From: Candidatus Saccharimonadota bacterium | Lineage (GTDB): Bacteria; Patescibacteriota; Gracilibacteria; BD1-5; UBA6164 | Direction of reading: 5' to 3' | NCBI GenBank assembly: GCA_963677765.1 | Contig: OY782392.1 | Coordinates: 1-32,000 of the forward strand | Length of the DNA stretch: 32,000 bases | Shown: piece by piece, positions 1-11,726 of the stretch | Layout of the letters: every line of letters starts with the position of its first letter | Position numbering within the stretch: the stretch's first letter is position 1 | The notes under the pieces: model-generated | What the model was told of the DNA's origin: nothing | What the model saw: the letters and a program-made list of their open reading frames with translations, nothing else | The model's database searches: none | Position numbers and translations under genes: made by a program

Positions 1-258
1 AATTCTGAAAAAATACCATATTTAAAAGAAACATATAAAAATATAATAAAGGAAGATTTAAAGGATGATATTAAAAAAATTAGTGTAAATACATTATTAA
101 TTTGGTGAGAAAAAGATACCTACACACCAATAAGTGATGCTTATTATTTTAGAAATAATATAAAAAAATCAAAATTAGTGATATTAGATTGAGAAACTCA
201 TGGAATCCATTTAAAAAACCCTGTTAGATTAATAGATACATTTATAAATAATATATAA
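1..258 (+). CDS. alpha/beta-fold hydrolase, C-terminal fragment (5' end outside window)
   Basis: Frame 1 is open from the window edge to TAA at 256-258 with TGA=Gly. Translation ...LLIWGEKDTYTP...VILDGETHGIHLKNP... resembles the C-terminal Asp/His region of alpha/beta hydrolases. TGG-TGA reads W-G. Confidence 0.5.
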
Positions 259-260
259 AA

Positions 261-1838
261 ATGCAAGAAAAAATAATATTAATTTCATTATTATCTATAT
301 TACCAATAATAAATAGATATAGTTTTTGGTTTTATGTTATTCAGTTAAAAGAATATAGGATTGATAGATTTAGTGAATATCTTTCAACTCCTCAATGAAA
401 AAAAGCATTATACAATAATTGGTTATTCTTAGAAATACCTTTATTGATTTTCAGTATTGGTTATTTTATAAATCCTTTATTTGAGTGAATATTAATAAAT
501 ATAGTAATTTTATTTTTATTATTATCATCTTTATTTTCATCTTATAAATTTTTTAAAAATACTATAAAAATACCTAAAACAACTTCAAGATTTTTAGTGA
601 CACTAACTATATTAATATTTTTAGTTATATTGTATTTTTATATTATAGATAATATATATTTTCAAATATTATCATTATTGATAGCTTCACCTCTTTTAAT
701 ATTCCTTTCTATCTTTATAAGTTTACCAATTGTTAATTATTTAAAATCTAAAAAAATTAAGTTAGCGATAAATAAATCAGTTAAGAAAAATAAACCTATA
801 AAAATAGGTATTACAGGTTCATATTGAAAATCGAGTGTAAAAGAATACTTAAGACAAGTACTAGAACATGATGGATTAACTTTATCAACACCTAAGAATA
901 TAAATACAGAATTATGAATATCTGATTTAATAATAAATAAACTAAAAAATAAGTATAAATATTTTGTTGCAGAAATGTGAGCTTATAAAATTTGAGAAAT
1001 AGATTTATTATGAAAAATTGTCAATCATAAATATTGATTTTTAACTGCAATATGAAATCAACACTTAGCTCTATTTTGATGAATAAAAAATACAATTAAA
1101 TGAAAAAGTGAAATAGCTAATTCAGTTTTAAAAAATGATGGTGTACTTTATGTTAATTGGGATAATAAAGAGATAAAAAAAGCTGATTTTCCTAAAAAAT
1201 TAAATATTGTAAAGTATTGAATAAAAAATAAATCAGATGCTAAATCAGAAATAATAGAAAAATCGGTAGATAAAACTAAGTTTAATTTTTATTATAAATG
1301 AAAATCTCATAAATATACAACAAACCTTGTTTGAGATCATAATATATTAAATATAACTTGAGTTTTAGCTTTCTGTTATGACCAATGATTAGATGTTAAA
1401 TTATTAAAAAAAGCATTAAAAAACTTAAATACACCAGATAACACTCAAAAAATAATAAAAACATCGAAAAATATAATTATTGATGATAGTTATAATTTAT
1501 CTGAAGAATGACTTTTTTCATGATTAAATATATTAAATAATTACAATAAAAAGGGTAATAAAGTAATTATAGTTGATGATATATTAGAACTATGAGAGGA
1601 TTCTAATAAAATTATTAAAAAAATATGAACTAAATTGGCAAAAAAGAAACTAGCAGATAAAGTTTTTTATGTATGAGTAAATTATAAAAAAAGCTTTTAT
1701 GAATGATTAATAAAATGATGATTTAATGAAAAAAACATAATATCTAGTATAGAAGAAATAAAAAAACATGATGTTATTTTATTAGAATGAAGAAAATCTT
1801 GAAACTATTTAAAAATATTAACATGAGAAAAACAATAA
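261..1838 (+). CDS. murF: UDP-MurNAc-tripeptide--D-Ala-D-Ala ligase (MurF) with a hydrophobic N-terminal extension
   Basis: ATG at 261, TAA at 1836-1838, 525 aa under table 25. Mur-ligase P-loop KIGITGSY-G(TGA)-KSSVKE near 807-836, DDSYNLS and DDILELGE signatures typical of MurF. The first ~175 aa are strongly hydrophobic (LISLLSILPII, IPLLIFSIGYF, ILFLLLSSLF, LTILIFLVILYFYII, LLIASPLLIFLSIFISLPIV). Confidence 0.8.
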
Positions 1839-3085
1839 AAACAGAATTTTTTACAACTTTAAGTTTTAGTCACTTTATTAGATCATTGTATCTGATTTCT
1901 ATATGAAGATATATGATTATAAAATGAAAATATAATAAAATTTTAGAAAATGAATTATTAATTTATCTTTGACTAAATAAATCAAAAATAATATCTTTTT
2001 ATAATGCTAGGACATGAATTTATCAATTATTGTCAAATTGTGATTTTAAAAATAAAAAAGAAGTTATAATATCGTGATATAATTGTGTATCTGTTGTAAA
2101 TTCAATAATTCAAGCATGATATAAACCAGTATATTGTGATATAGATAAGGATGATTTATGATTAAATTTACAAGATTTAAAAAATAAAATCAATAAGAAT
2201 ACTGCTCTTGTTATTATACAGCATAGTTTTTGAAAAACATCAAAAATAGATGATATAACTAAAAATTGTAGAGATATGAATGTTTTAACAATGGAAGATT
2301 GTGCTCATTCATTATGAACTAAGTTTAGAAATAATAACACATGAATATTTGCTGATTTTTCAATATTTTCGACATGAAGAGATAAAGTTATATCATGAGT
2401 TAATTGAGGTTTTTTAGTAATAAATAATGAATCATATAATTATATAGAAAAAAAAATTAAATCTAAATTAATAGATATTAATAAAAAAGAAATAATAAAA
2501 AATATAAATTATAATATTTTATGATATCTATCATTATTAACTTATGATTTTTTCTGATTATGAAAAATAATAATTTATTATTCAAGAAAACTATGATTAA
2601 TAAATGAAATAATATCTAATGATGAAAAAAATTGTAATGAAAATAAATTGAATTATAAATTACCAAACTCATTAGCTTATCTTGCATATAACGACCTAAA
2701 AAAAATAGATATATATAATTTAAAAAGAAGATATATAGCTAATATTTACAATAAAAAAATAAACAATAAAAATATTGAGATATTAATAAGGGAAAAAGAC
2801 TTAGAAGAGCAAAATTATTTCAGATACCCCATTATTATTAAGAATAATTTGATTTCAAACTTTGTAAAATATTTTAGAGATAATTGAGTTATAATATGAA
2901 CAAGTTGGTCTTGAATAAATATAGCACCAATTACAACTAATATAAAATCATGTAATTATAATAATGATTGTAAAAATAGTAATATAATATCAAAAAATAT
3001 AGTATTTTTACCTAATCATAAATTCATGAATGATAAGGATATAGAAAAAATAATAAAATTAACTAATGATTTTAAAAATGTATAA
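1823..3085 (+). CDS. DegT/DnrJ/EryC1/StrS-family PLP-dependent aminotransferase
   Basis: ATG at 1823 overlaps the murF end by 16 nt; TAA at 3083-3085; 420 aa. Motifs GYNCVSVVNSIIQAGYKPVYCDID, MEDCAHSLG and FSTGRDKVISGVNGGF (candidate PLP-Lys) fit the DegT family. Contains the track ORF 2648-2887 in the same frame. Confidence 0.65.
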
Positions 3086-4118
3086 ATTAAAACTAATTGA
3101 AGATAAAAAAATATGGAATTCCTTTGTAGAAAAAAATAATTTTGAGTTTTATAGTTTTCTCTCAAGTTGGGAATGGTGAGATTTTCAAATATTATCATGA
3201 AAAGAAGTATTAAGGTATTGAATATTCAATAATTGAGAATTGATCTGATTATTACCTTTAATATTAAACAAAGCAAAAAGAGCAACCTATTTATTTGCTC
3301 CACACACACCATTAATAATAAAAAATATAGACTTTTTTAATGTTGTTAATTCAATTAAATCTGAATTAATAAAAATTTGAAAAAATAATAAAGCAGACTT
3401 CATAAGATTCAATTCACCTGTAAAAAACCTAAAAGAAAACAAAGAAAAATTTAAGGAATTAGGTTTTATAGATGCACCTATGCATGAACATGCTGAGGAT
3501 ACTCATTTATTAGACTTAACAAAAGATGAAAATGATATTTTATCAAATATTAAAAAATGAGATAGATATTATATAAATAGAGCTATAAAAGAATGAGTAG
3601 TTATAAAAAATGAAAATTCAAAAGAAAATATTAGTATATTAAAAAAAATGCATATAGAACATTCAAAAAAAATATGATACCATGCATTTAAAGAAGAATT
3701 TATCGATAATTTATACAAATCTTTTTGAAATAATATAAATACAATTAGTGCTAGTTATAATTGAAAAGTAGAAAGTATTTTAATGACTATAAAATTTTGA
3801 AAAAGCTGTGTTTATTATATAGCTGCAAGTGATATTAAAAGTCATAAATTTTCTCCAAATTATTTATGCCAATGGGAAGCAATAAAAAATGCCAAGGAAA
3901 ATTGATGTGAGATTTATAATTTTTGGGGGGTATCACCAGATGACAATCCTAAACATCCAATTGCAGGTGTAACTAAATTTAAAAGAAAATTTAGCTGATA
4001 TGACTATAGTCTAATACATGCTCAAGATCTAATTATAACAAAAAAATATTATATAAATTATATAATAGAAACAATAAGAAGAATAAAAAGATGATATTAT
4101 TACAAAAAACCAGAATAA
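3078..4118 (+). CDS. FemAB-family peptidoglycan peptide-bridge transferase (FemX/MurM-like)
   Basis: ATG at 3078 overlaps the upstream stop by 8 nt; TAA at 4116-4118; 346 aa. Translation ...SWEWGDFQ..., ASYNGKVESILMTIKFGKSCVYYIAASD, NYLCQWEAIKNAKENGCEIYNFWGVSP, AGVTKFKRKF matches the FemAB/GNAT-pair family pattern. Confidence 0.7.
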
Positions 4119-4175
4119 TATTGACTTATATTATTTTTACTGTATTATACAGTTGTATATTTTAAATTAAAACTA

Positions 4176-4484
4176 ATGAAAAATATAAATAAAAATAATA
4201 ATAATCAAGATATATTAGCTCTTCCGTATAGTAAAACAGTACAGGAACTAGTAGATTCAACAAAAGATATTGCTATAAAATTAAGCAATACTCATATTCA
4301 AGAAAGCTCATGACTAATAAAAAATACTCTTAATAATAGATGTCAATGATATTGTATTAGTAATTCAAATTCACCAATAGTATGTTGAAGATGAGAAAAT
4401 TGTAACAATTTTAAAAGAGCAGATGATAGTCTGAAACATATTTCAGAATATGAACATAAAAAACAATTAGAAGGTTTGTACTAA
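4176..4484 (+). CDS. hypothetical small protein with a four-Cys cluster
   Basis: ATG at 4176 to TAA at 4482-4484, 102 aa, followed directly by a terminator hairpin. Contains RCQGYCISNSNSPIVCGRGENC. No family recognised. Confidence 0.4.
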
Positions 4485-4513
4485 AAAAAACTAGGAATTA
4501 TCCTAGTTTTTTT
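4483..4513. terminator. bidirectional intrinsic terminator between convergent genes
   Basis: A-run, CTAGGA (4491-4496), loop ATTA, TCCTAG (4501-4506), T-run. Sits between the + gene ending at 4484 and the - gene ending at 4512. Confidence 0.6.
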
Positions 4514-5483
4514 ATTGCATAATATCACTTCATGCTATTAATTTTTCTTCTCTTGATTTAGATTTTCTTCATTCTAGATCTTCATTTAAATATACTAATT
4601 TAGAATTTTGTTGACTACCAATATTTCATAAAGTTTCTATTCTTGAAGAATCAAGTAAGAAATCTAAAACTTTTTCAGCATTTAAAGAATTATCAGTTTG
4701 TTTAATAAGATCAACAGATTCTTTAAATCATTCTGCTATTTTCATTCTTTGACCTGCCATACCTTCTCATAATAAAATTTTTGATTCTTTTTCAGCTTCA
4801 GCTTCTTTAACTTTCATTATTTTATCAGCTTCAGCTTCATTTAAAGCAGCTTCTTTTAATTTTTCAGTTTCAACTACTTTGTTCATTGCTGCCATAACTG
4901 ATGATTCTAATCCAATATCTCTTACTTGAATAGAATCAAGTCTATAACCAAAAGTAGCTAATTTTTCTCTAAGTCTCGATTCTATATTTTGACCAATTTC
5001 TTCTCTTTTTTCAAATATATTTTTGTGAGTAAAACTAACTATCATAGCTCTTAATTGTTCGTCAATAGTTGATCTCATCATAGTTCTAGGGTCATCGATA
5101 TTATATATAGATTTAAATATATTACCTTCACTTGAATCAATTCTATCATCTTCTACATAATATATAACATTTAATCAAATTCTTGCAGTTACATTATCAT
5201 CAGTAATACCATCAACTTCTACAGGGAAATTTCTTCTAAAAAGAGTTTGTTTTCTAGTCCATTCTATGAAAGGTATAATAAAATGTAAACCTGGTCTTAG
5301 GATTCTATTAAACTTACCTAAAAATTCTACAGTCATAACAGTATTAGGAGTAACTATTCTTATAGATAATGCTGCCAAAATAATATCTAAAACAATTGCG
5401 GGAATTATTCATACAAAACCTCAAAATCAAATTAAAATAAGAGGTATTAAAATAAGTAGTAAAGGTACTATAAATCTAATCAT
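4512..5483 (-). CDS. SPFH/band-7 (stomatin/prohibitin-like) membrane protein
   Basis: ATG (complement of 5481-5483) to TAA (complement of 4512-4514), 323 aa. Joins track ORFs 5175-5378 and 4767-5081 through in-frame TGA. N-terminal TM segment, then VTPNTVMTVEFLGKFNRILRPGLHFIIPFIE, and an EA-rich coiled coil (EKLKEAALNEAEADKIMKVKEAEAEKE). Confidence 0.8.
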
Positions 5484-5611
5484 TTTTTATAATGTTAAAT
5501 ATTAAAACAAGAAAATTATAGCATACTTTAAATATTTAACAAATATTTTTATTTCATTTTTTTAAAAAAAATGTTATATTTAGAACGTATTTATAAATAA
5601 TTATATAAAAA

Positions 5612-6232
5612 ATGGTTATTGAAAACAAAAATATTTTTAGTGAAAATGATAAGAAGAAAAGGGAATTAAAAGAAGAAGAAATTATTAATGAACAAAAAAA
5701 ACAAATAGAGTTTAAAAAAACAAAAGAAAAAATTAATGTTGAGATTGAAATTGAAGATGAAATATATCATTTGAAAGAATTAGTTGAGAAATGAGTAATT
5801 TCAAAAGAAACAGTAGATAAGGTTATAAGCTGAAAAGATATTTCTGAAGAAGAAATAAAAGAGATTTTTGAAAAAATTGATGAAATTGAAGAATTAAAAG
5901 ATGTTGACAATTATTTACCACAAAATTTAAGAATAACAAAAGAAGATTATTTAAAAGCTGTTAATGATGATATTTTTAGAGTTCAGACAATAACAAAAAT
6001 TGATTCAGCACTTACTCTACTTTCAAATCAAGCAAATCCAGACTCTGCAATGGGATTAAATTTATTTTCATGATTTTTAGCTATTCTAGATAAAAATTTA
6101 ATAAAAATACAAGAAAATACTATTGATGTTAAGGATTCTCTTAAATCTATAGATATAAAAAAATGATTATATAAAGATAAAAGAACAAAGTGACAAAAAT
6201 TTTTAGATTTTTTAAGAGAAATATTTAAATAA
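5612..6232 (+). CDS. hypothetical protein with an acidic, coiled-coil N-terminal half
   Basis: Track ORF 5612-5794 extends through TGA codons to TAA at 6230-6232, 206 aa. No family recognised. Confidence 0.45.
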
Positions 6233-7074
6233 TGATTTATGCAATAATATCTACAATTTTAGATTCTATATGAACAAATATATGGAAAAAAGCTTTGAAC
6301 TTTAATATGGCTAAAGAACCTTTTAGTATGTTAGCGTATTCTTCATTGTTTTTTATGTTAATTGTACTTTATTTTTTGTGAAAATTACAATTAAACAATC
6401 TAGGTATATATGAAGTTTTCTTAATTCTAATAATATTTATAATATGATATTTTAGGTGATTTTTATTACAATATGTTTATAAAAATGATAAAATTTCGAA
6501 AATATTACCATATCAAAATATTAGTAAAATACTTACTATAATAATAGGGTTTTTTATTTTTGCAGATACATCAATTATAACATTATTTATAGCTATATTT
6601 ACTGCTTTAATAATATTTATATTTAGCTTTGATTTTAAAAAAATTTATATACCTAAAACAATTAAAACATTTTGAATTGCTGAGATTATGTATTCAGTAA
6701 ATATATTACTATTAGGAGTAATACTAACAAAAATAACTAATATATCATATTTTGTCTATTCATATATAGTATGACTTACAATTATATGAATTATAGTTAT
6801 ATTAAAAAAACAATTAAATGAATTTATAAAGGTAGACAAAAAGTTTTATATATATAGATTATCTGCTTCTCATATTTGATGAGTAAGTTATATATTAAGT
6901 TTGCTTGTAATGCAAGAGTTATGAGTAATAATGAGTATATTAATATCATATATTTGACTTTGATCAACTTTGCTTTTTTCATTTTTAATATTTAAAGATA
7001 AACCTTCAAAAAAAGATTTATTATTATTGATATTAGTTTCAATTTTAATAACAGTATGATTTTACTATAAATAA
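6232..7074 (+). CDS. EamA/DMT-superfamily-like polytopic membrane protein (paralog 1)
   Basis: ATG at 6232 overlaps the upstream TAA (TAATG); TAA at 7072-7074; 280 aa. About 10 hydrophobic segments. C-terminus FLIFKDKPSKKDLLLLILVSILITVGFYY resembles EamA-repeat ends. Confidence 0.5.
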
Positions 7075-7082
7075 TAACTATT

Positions 7083-7955
7083 ATGTGAATAATATTATGA
7101 ATAATACAATCGTTTCTAAATTCATTAGGAATGATTTTAACAAAAAAAGTACTTGAAAATAAAGCAGTTTGAAATAATATTCAAACTCTTTTCAGTAGGT
7201 TTAATCATTTAATTATAATGCTTATTATTATCTGATTTTGATTTTTTGATTTTAAATTAAATGATTCATGATTTACTAAATTTGATATACTACTTTTATT
7301 TATAGCTACTATTTGATTATATATAACTTATCCTCTTAGAAGAATAGCTTATGCAAATGAAAAAATATCAACTTTACAACCATTTGCAATGCTATTTCAA
7401 GTTTTTCCAATAATTATAGGTTTCATATTTATTGCATCAGAAAGAGCTAATTTTATAACTTTTATTTTTGCACTTTTAGCATCTTTTATAGTTATAATTC
7501 CAAACATAGATTTAAAAACATTCAAAATAAATAAATATTCTTTAATGGTTTTAAGTTCCTCTATAATTAAATCATTTCAGTTATTTGCAACTGTTTATTT
7601 TTTAACTAAACTTGATGCAGTTAATTTTTATCTTTTAGAAACAATATTAATAATAGCTTTTTCAATAATATTATTAATCATAAAGAAAGAATTGAATCAA
7701 TTTAAATTATTAACTAAGAAATATATTAAATTATTAGCAATAGCCAATAGTGTTTCTGTAGTTAGTATAATAATAGTTCTGACTATGTATACAAGTCTAT
7801 GAATAATAGCTACTAGTTTATTATGATTATTATACATATTCTTTGTTTTTGCACTTGGTTATGTTTTCTTATGAGAGAAACCAACAAAAAAAGATATAAT
7901 AATAACAATACTTATATCAATATGTATAACAATCTGATTATTTTTTAAAAACTAA
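7083..7955 (+). CDS. EamA/DMT-superfamily-like polytopic membrane protein (paralog 2)
   Basis: ATG at 7083, TAA at 7953-7955, 290 aa; includes track ORF 7389-7802. C-terminus YVFLGEKPTKKDIIITILISICITIGLFF parallels the upstream paralog. Confidence 0.5.
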
Positions 7956-7982
7956 GCTTAATTAATTAAATTAAGCTTTTTT
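7954..7982 (+). terminator. intrinsic terminator
   Basis: AAGCTTAATT (7954-7963), 5-nt loop, AATTAAGCTT (7969-7978), then TTTT. Confidence 0.65.
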
Positions 7983-8050
7983 ATTGTAAAAAAACAAAAA
8001 TTATATATAGTTTATTTAATTTATATAAAAGAATAATTTAATTAAAAAAT

Positions 8051-9424
8051 ATGGAAGAAAAACAAGTGTTTATTAGAAATGATTTCTGGGTTGATATAGA
8101 AAATTCTGAAAAAAAATATGCACACATTATAATGATTGCAACTAAGCCAGATATAATAAAACAAGCTCCTCTTTATTTAGAATTAAAAAAAAGGGGAGAA
8201 TTAGTTGTTTTAATACATACATGACAACACTATGATTATAATCTAAGTTCTTGAGTACTAGAAGAATTTTGAATGGATGTAGATATTAACTTAAATATTT
8301 TTTGAAAAATACATAAAAAATATTCTTTAATAATTGATAGGTTATGAGAAATTTTAATTGAATTAAATGAATCTTATAAAAAAATACCTATTCCTTATGT
8401 TCACTGAGACACATTAACTGCTACAACAGCTGACAAAGCGGCTTTTTTAAATAAATTTGCTGTAGTACATGTAGAAGCATGAATAAGAACTTTTACTCCA
8501 AATAAAGATTTTTATGATAATTTATTCAGTCAATATAAAAAAGGTATTTTTAATTGGCAAGATTATTATAAATCATTACAAGATTTTTCAATTTATGAAA
8601 GAGGTAGTATAGAACCTTATCCAGAACAATTTGATACTAGATGAATAGAAGGATCAACATGATTATTTGCAGCTCCAGTTGAATTATATAGAGATACTTT
8701 GCAACAAGAGGGTTTTCCATCTGAACATATCAAAGTAGTATGAAATACTGTTGCAGATGCAATTGAAATATCAAAAAAGTTTAGTAGCAAATCTAAAGCA
8801 TTTGAAATATATCCAAATATGAAATGAAAAGATTTTATATTTATAACTATTCATAGAAGAGAAAATACAGAGAAAAAAGAAAGATTCTTAGCAATATATA
8901 ATTGAATTAAAAAATTAATACAATCAGGTGTAAATGTTTGTTTTTTATGACTATATGCTTCAGAATTTGCTATTGATAATTTTTGATTAAGAGAGGATAT
9001 TGAAAACCTAAAAAATAAATATAAAGATAATTTTGCATATTGACCAGCATTAGCACATCATAGTGAGGTAATTGATATGATTAGTAAGGCTTGAGCAGTA
9101 GTTACAGATAGCTGAAGTATGCAAGAAGAAGCAAATATAGTTTGAGTACCTTGTGTTACTATAAGATTTGGATCAGATAGAACAGAAACGATACTAGAGT
9201 GAACTAATATAATTGCACCACCTATTAATTCAAATCTTATAGCAGATATAGTTATTTGAGCTATATGAAATAAACAAATGATTAAAAATAATCATTTGTA
9301 TTGAAATAATGTTTCTTCAAAAATAGTAGATGAAGTTCTTAATATGCTTAAAAAAGATTGAAAATTATTTAAGTATGATGATGAAAGATTGGATTTGGAA
9401 AAATATTTTGATTGGAATATATAA
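8051..9424 (+). CDS. wecB: UDP-N-acetylglucosamine 2-epimerase (non-hydrolysing, WecB/MnaA type)
   Basis: ATG at 8051, TAA at 9422-9424, 457 aa. Motifs IMIATKPDIIKQAPL, VHGDTLTA, VHVEAGIRT, PYPEQFDTR, FITIHRREN and VVTDSGSMQEEA fit the epimerase family. There appears to be a ~40-aa insertion after EAGIRT. Confidence 0.8.
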
Positions 9425-9457
9425 AAAAGTGAGGACTATTACAGTTCTCACTTTTTT
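9425..9457. terminator. bidirectional intrinsic terminator
   Basis: AAAAGTGAG (9425-9433) pairs with CTCACTTTT (9447-9455), with a flanking T-run. Lies between convergent wecB and the - strand gene ending at 9448. Confidence 0.55.
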
Positions 9458-10251
9458 ATATATTCTTCTCTAAGTTCAATTATTTTTTTTATAACTATTT
9501 GATATATATTAACTTTTTGTTTTGATGCTTTATCTGAAAGTAGTAATGATTTATCTAAATCAGAATTAAGTCTATCTAGAGTTTTATTTAAAATTTCTAT
9601 TTTTAAAGAATTATCTAATTTTTCAAAATTAGGGTTATTTTCAATATTAGAGATTTTTTCCTCTATTTTTTGATATATTATTTGATTTAATGTATCTTCT
9701 AAGTTTACTCTATATTCTCTTATTTTATCTTCAATTAAAACAAGTTTTGTATTCACTAATTCTTGTTTTTTTAAAATATCAGAATAAATTTCAGTTTTTT
9801 CAGAATAATAATGTGTGTCAGTTTTTATATAAGATAAATAATCATTATAATGACTAATTTTTATAAAAGGAGTCATTTGCTTATATAGATTTTTTTTCAC
9901 ATCCATTAAGTTAGACTTAATTTCAGTAGTATCTTCAAGATTTTTTGATTTTAAATTTAACTCAGCCTCTAAGAATTTTTTATTATTATTATAATCAGAA
10001 ATTATAGTTTCAAGTAAATCTAATTCTTGTTTATTTAAATCAGTTCTAAAATAAGACATCAATAAATCATTTGAATTTAAATCAAGCTTTTCATTAAAAA
10101 GCTCTTTTCTGTCATTATCTAATTTTTCTATACTTTCTTTCAATTCTTTAATAGTTTTCAGATTATCATCAAAAACCAAATCATTATTAGCATATGACTT
10201 GGTAACTAAAAAAGTAAATATCAAAAAAATGTATATTATTTTTTTTATCAA
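9448..10251 (-). CDS. secreted coiled-coil protein (hypothetical)
   Basis: Track ORF, 267 aa, TTG start, no internal TGA. N-terminal signal-like MIKKIIYIFLIFTFLVTKSYA, followed by heptad-rich low-complexity sequence. Confidence 0.55.
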   Translation of the reverse strand: MIKKIIYIFLIFTFLVTKSYANNDLVFDDNLKTIKELKESIEKLDNDRKELFNEKLDLNSNDLLMSYFRTDLNKQELDLLETIISDYNNNKKFLEAELNLKSKNLEDTTEIKSNLMDVKKNLYKQMTPFIKISHYNDYLSYIKTDTHYYSEKTEIYSDILKKQELVNTKLVLIEDKIREYRVNLEDTLNQIIYQKIEEKISNIENNPNFEKLDNSLKIEILNKTLDRLNSDLDKSLLLSDKASKQKVNIYQIVIKKIIELREEYIKK

Positions 10252-10391
10252 TTTTTTTATTTTAAAAACTAAAGAAGGGGAAGTTAAATAATAAGTTTTT
10301 AGGCTTTAACTCAAAATTATCCCCAACTTGTAATTATATAATACTCTTTTTTAAAAAAAAGAAAGGCTTTAATGTGAATATTATGTGAAGA

Positions 10392-11717
10392 TTAAATATA
10401 CAATTTAAAATTAAATCATCTTCATTCATCTGTTTTTATATCAAATTTCCATCAATGAGAATTTATTATCTTTGATATTATAGAAAGTCAAACTCATATT
10501 CATCTTGATTCAATATTTCAAGTCTTAGAATTGTTTGATTGATAAAATTTTTCTGTCAAAAATGGTATTTCCGATGATTTGACTCACACTCAATCATCTA
10601 CAAATTCAATATACCTTTTTGTAATATTTATTCTTAGTATAGTTTTGTTTCATGCATACTTTAAAAAATTTCATATTAAATTATGTACTAATTGAATAAA
10701 TAAATCCTTATCAGCAGTTATTTTAAAATCATCTATTCAACTAACTTTTATTCTTTGTTTATTTTCTTTTAATTTCTTTTTATGAGTTTCAACAAGAGAT
10801 ATTATTAAATCTTTTACAGAGAATTCATTTAATTTTAAATCTATTTCTTTTCTTTCTAGTTTTTCATATTCCATTATTTTATTAACAAGAGAAATTAATC
10901 TAGACATTTCATCAGTAATAGAATTAAGATTTTTTTGATCTAGCTTTATAACTCAATCTGATATTCATTCTAAGTAACATTGTATAGAAGTAATAGGAGT
11001 TTTTAGTTCATGTGATATATCAGCTAATAATCTTGTTCTTATTTCATCTTGAAGATTAAGTTTTTTGTTTAAATTATTTATAGCGTTTATAAGTAATCAA
11101 ATTTCATCTTTTTTATTATAATAGCTTATATCCTTAATAGATTTATAATCTATAAGATTTTTATCAGTATCTAAACTTTTTATTCTTTGAGTAACTAATT
11201 TTACTGGATAAATAGTATGTCTTATAAATATACTAAGTAATATAACTATAAATCAAATTGCAACTATATTAGTAATTATTATAGATATAGTTAATTTATT
11301 TATAAACTTAGCTTCAGGACTATTTTTATCTTTTAATGCTTCAAGTACCTTTCAAAAATTATCAGTTGGTATAATTTCTTCTATATATTTAGGAGCAATT
11401 CAATTTTCAACTAAATAATTAATTACTATATCAATATTTTGTTGTTTATTTAATGGAATTTCTCAATCATTATCATCTAATAGTTCAAAAAATTCAATTT
11501 CAGTATCAGAAAATATACTATCTATTTCATCAATAGTTTGTTTTTTAATAACATCATTAATATATTCAATAGTTATCTTATCTCTTGACTCATTTTTTTC
11601 TATCAAATACACTTTTAAATAAGTAGTATAAAAAAGATAAAAAGCCAAAACATTTACAGTTGCGATAAAAAATATACTACTTATTATCGCTATAACAAAT
11701 TTTCTTGCTAAAGACAT
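10392..11717 (-). CDS. sensor histidine kinase (two TM segments, HisKA + HATPase_c)
   Basis: Track ORF 11463-11717 extends through TGA codons to TAA (complement of 10392-10394), 441 aa. H-box LLADISHELKTPITSI, N-box LVHNLIGNFLKY, G-boxes DDGVGV and GIGVGLSI. Confidence 0.85.
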
Positions 11718-11726
11718 TTTATTTAG

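Noticed and set aside
6232-7955. EamA/DMT pair as the exporter of the putative NAS-derived metallophore (by analogy to the DMT-family CntI of pseudopaline systems)
   Set aside because: They lie ~12 kb away on the opposite strand, separated by several unrelated operons and terminators. There is no sequence-level reason to link them.
10252-10391. G-rich patches (AAGGGGAAG ... TATCCCCAAC) in the kinase / coiled-coil spacer as a structured ncRNA
   Set aside because: Only a 5-bp GGGGA/TCCCC pairing plus a 7-bp AGTTAAA/TTTAACT pairing with large loops could be drawn. That is too weak to call without covariation data.
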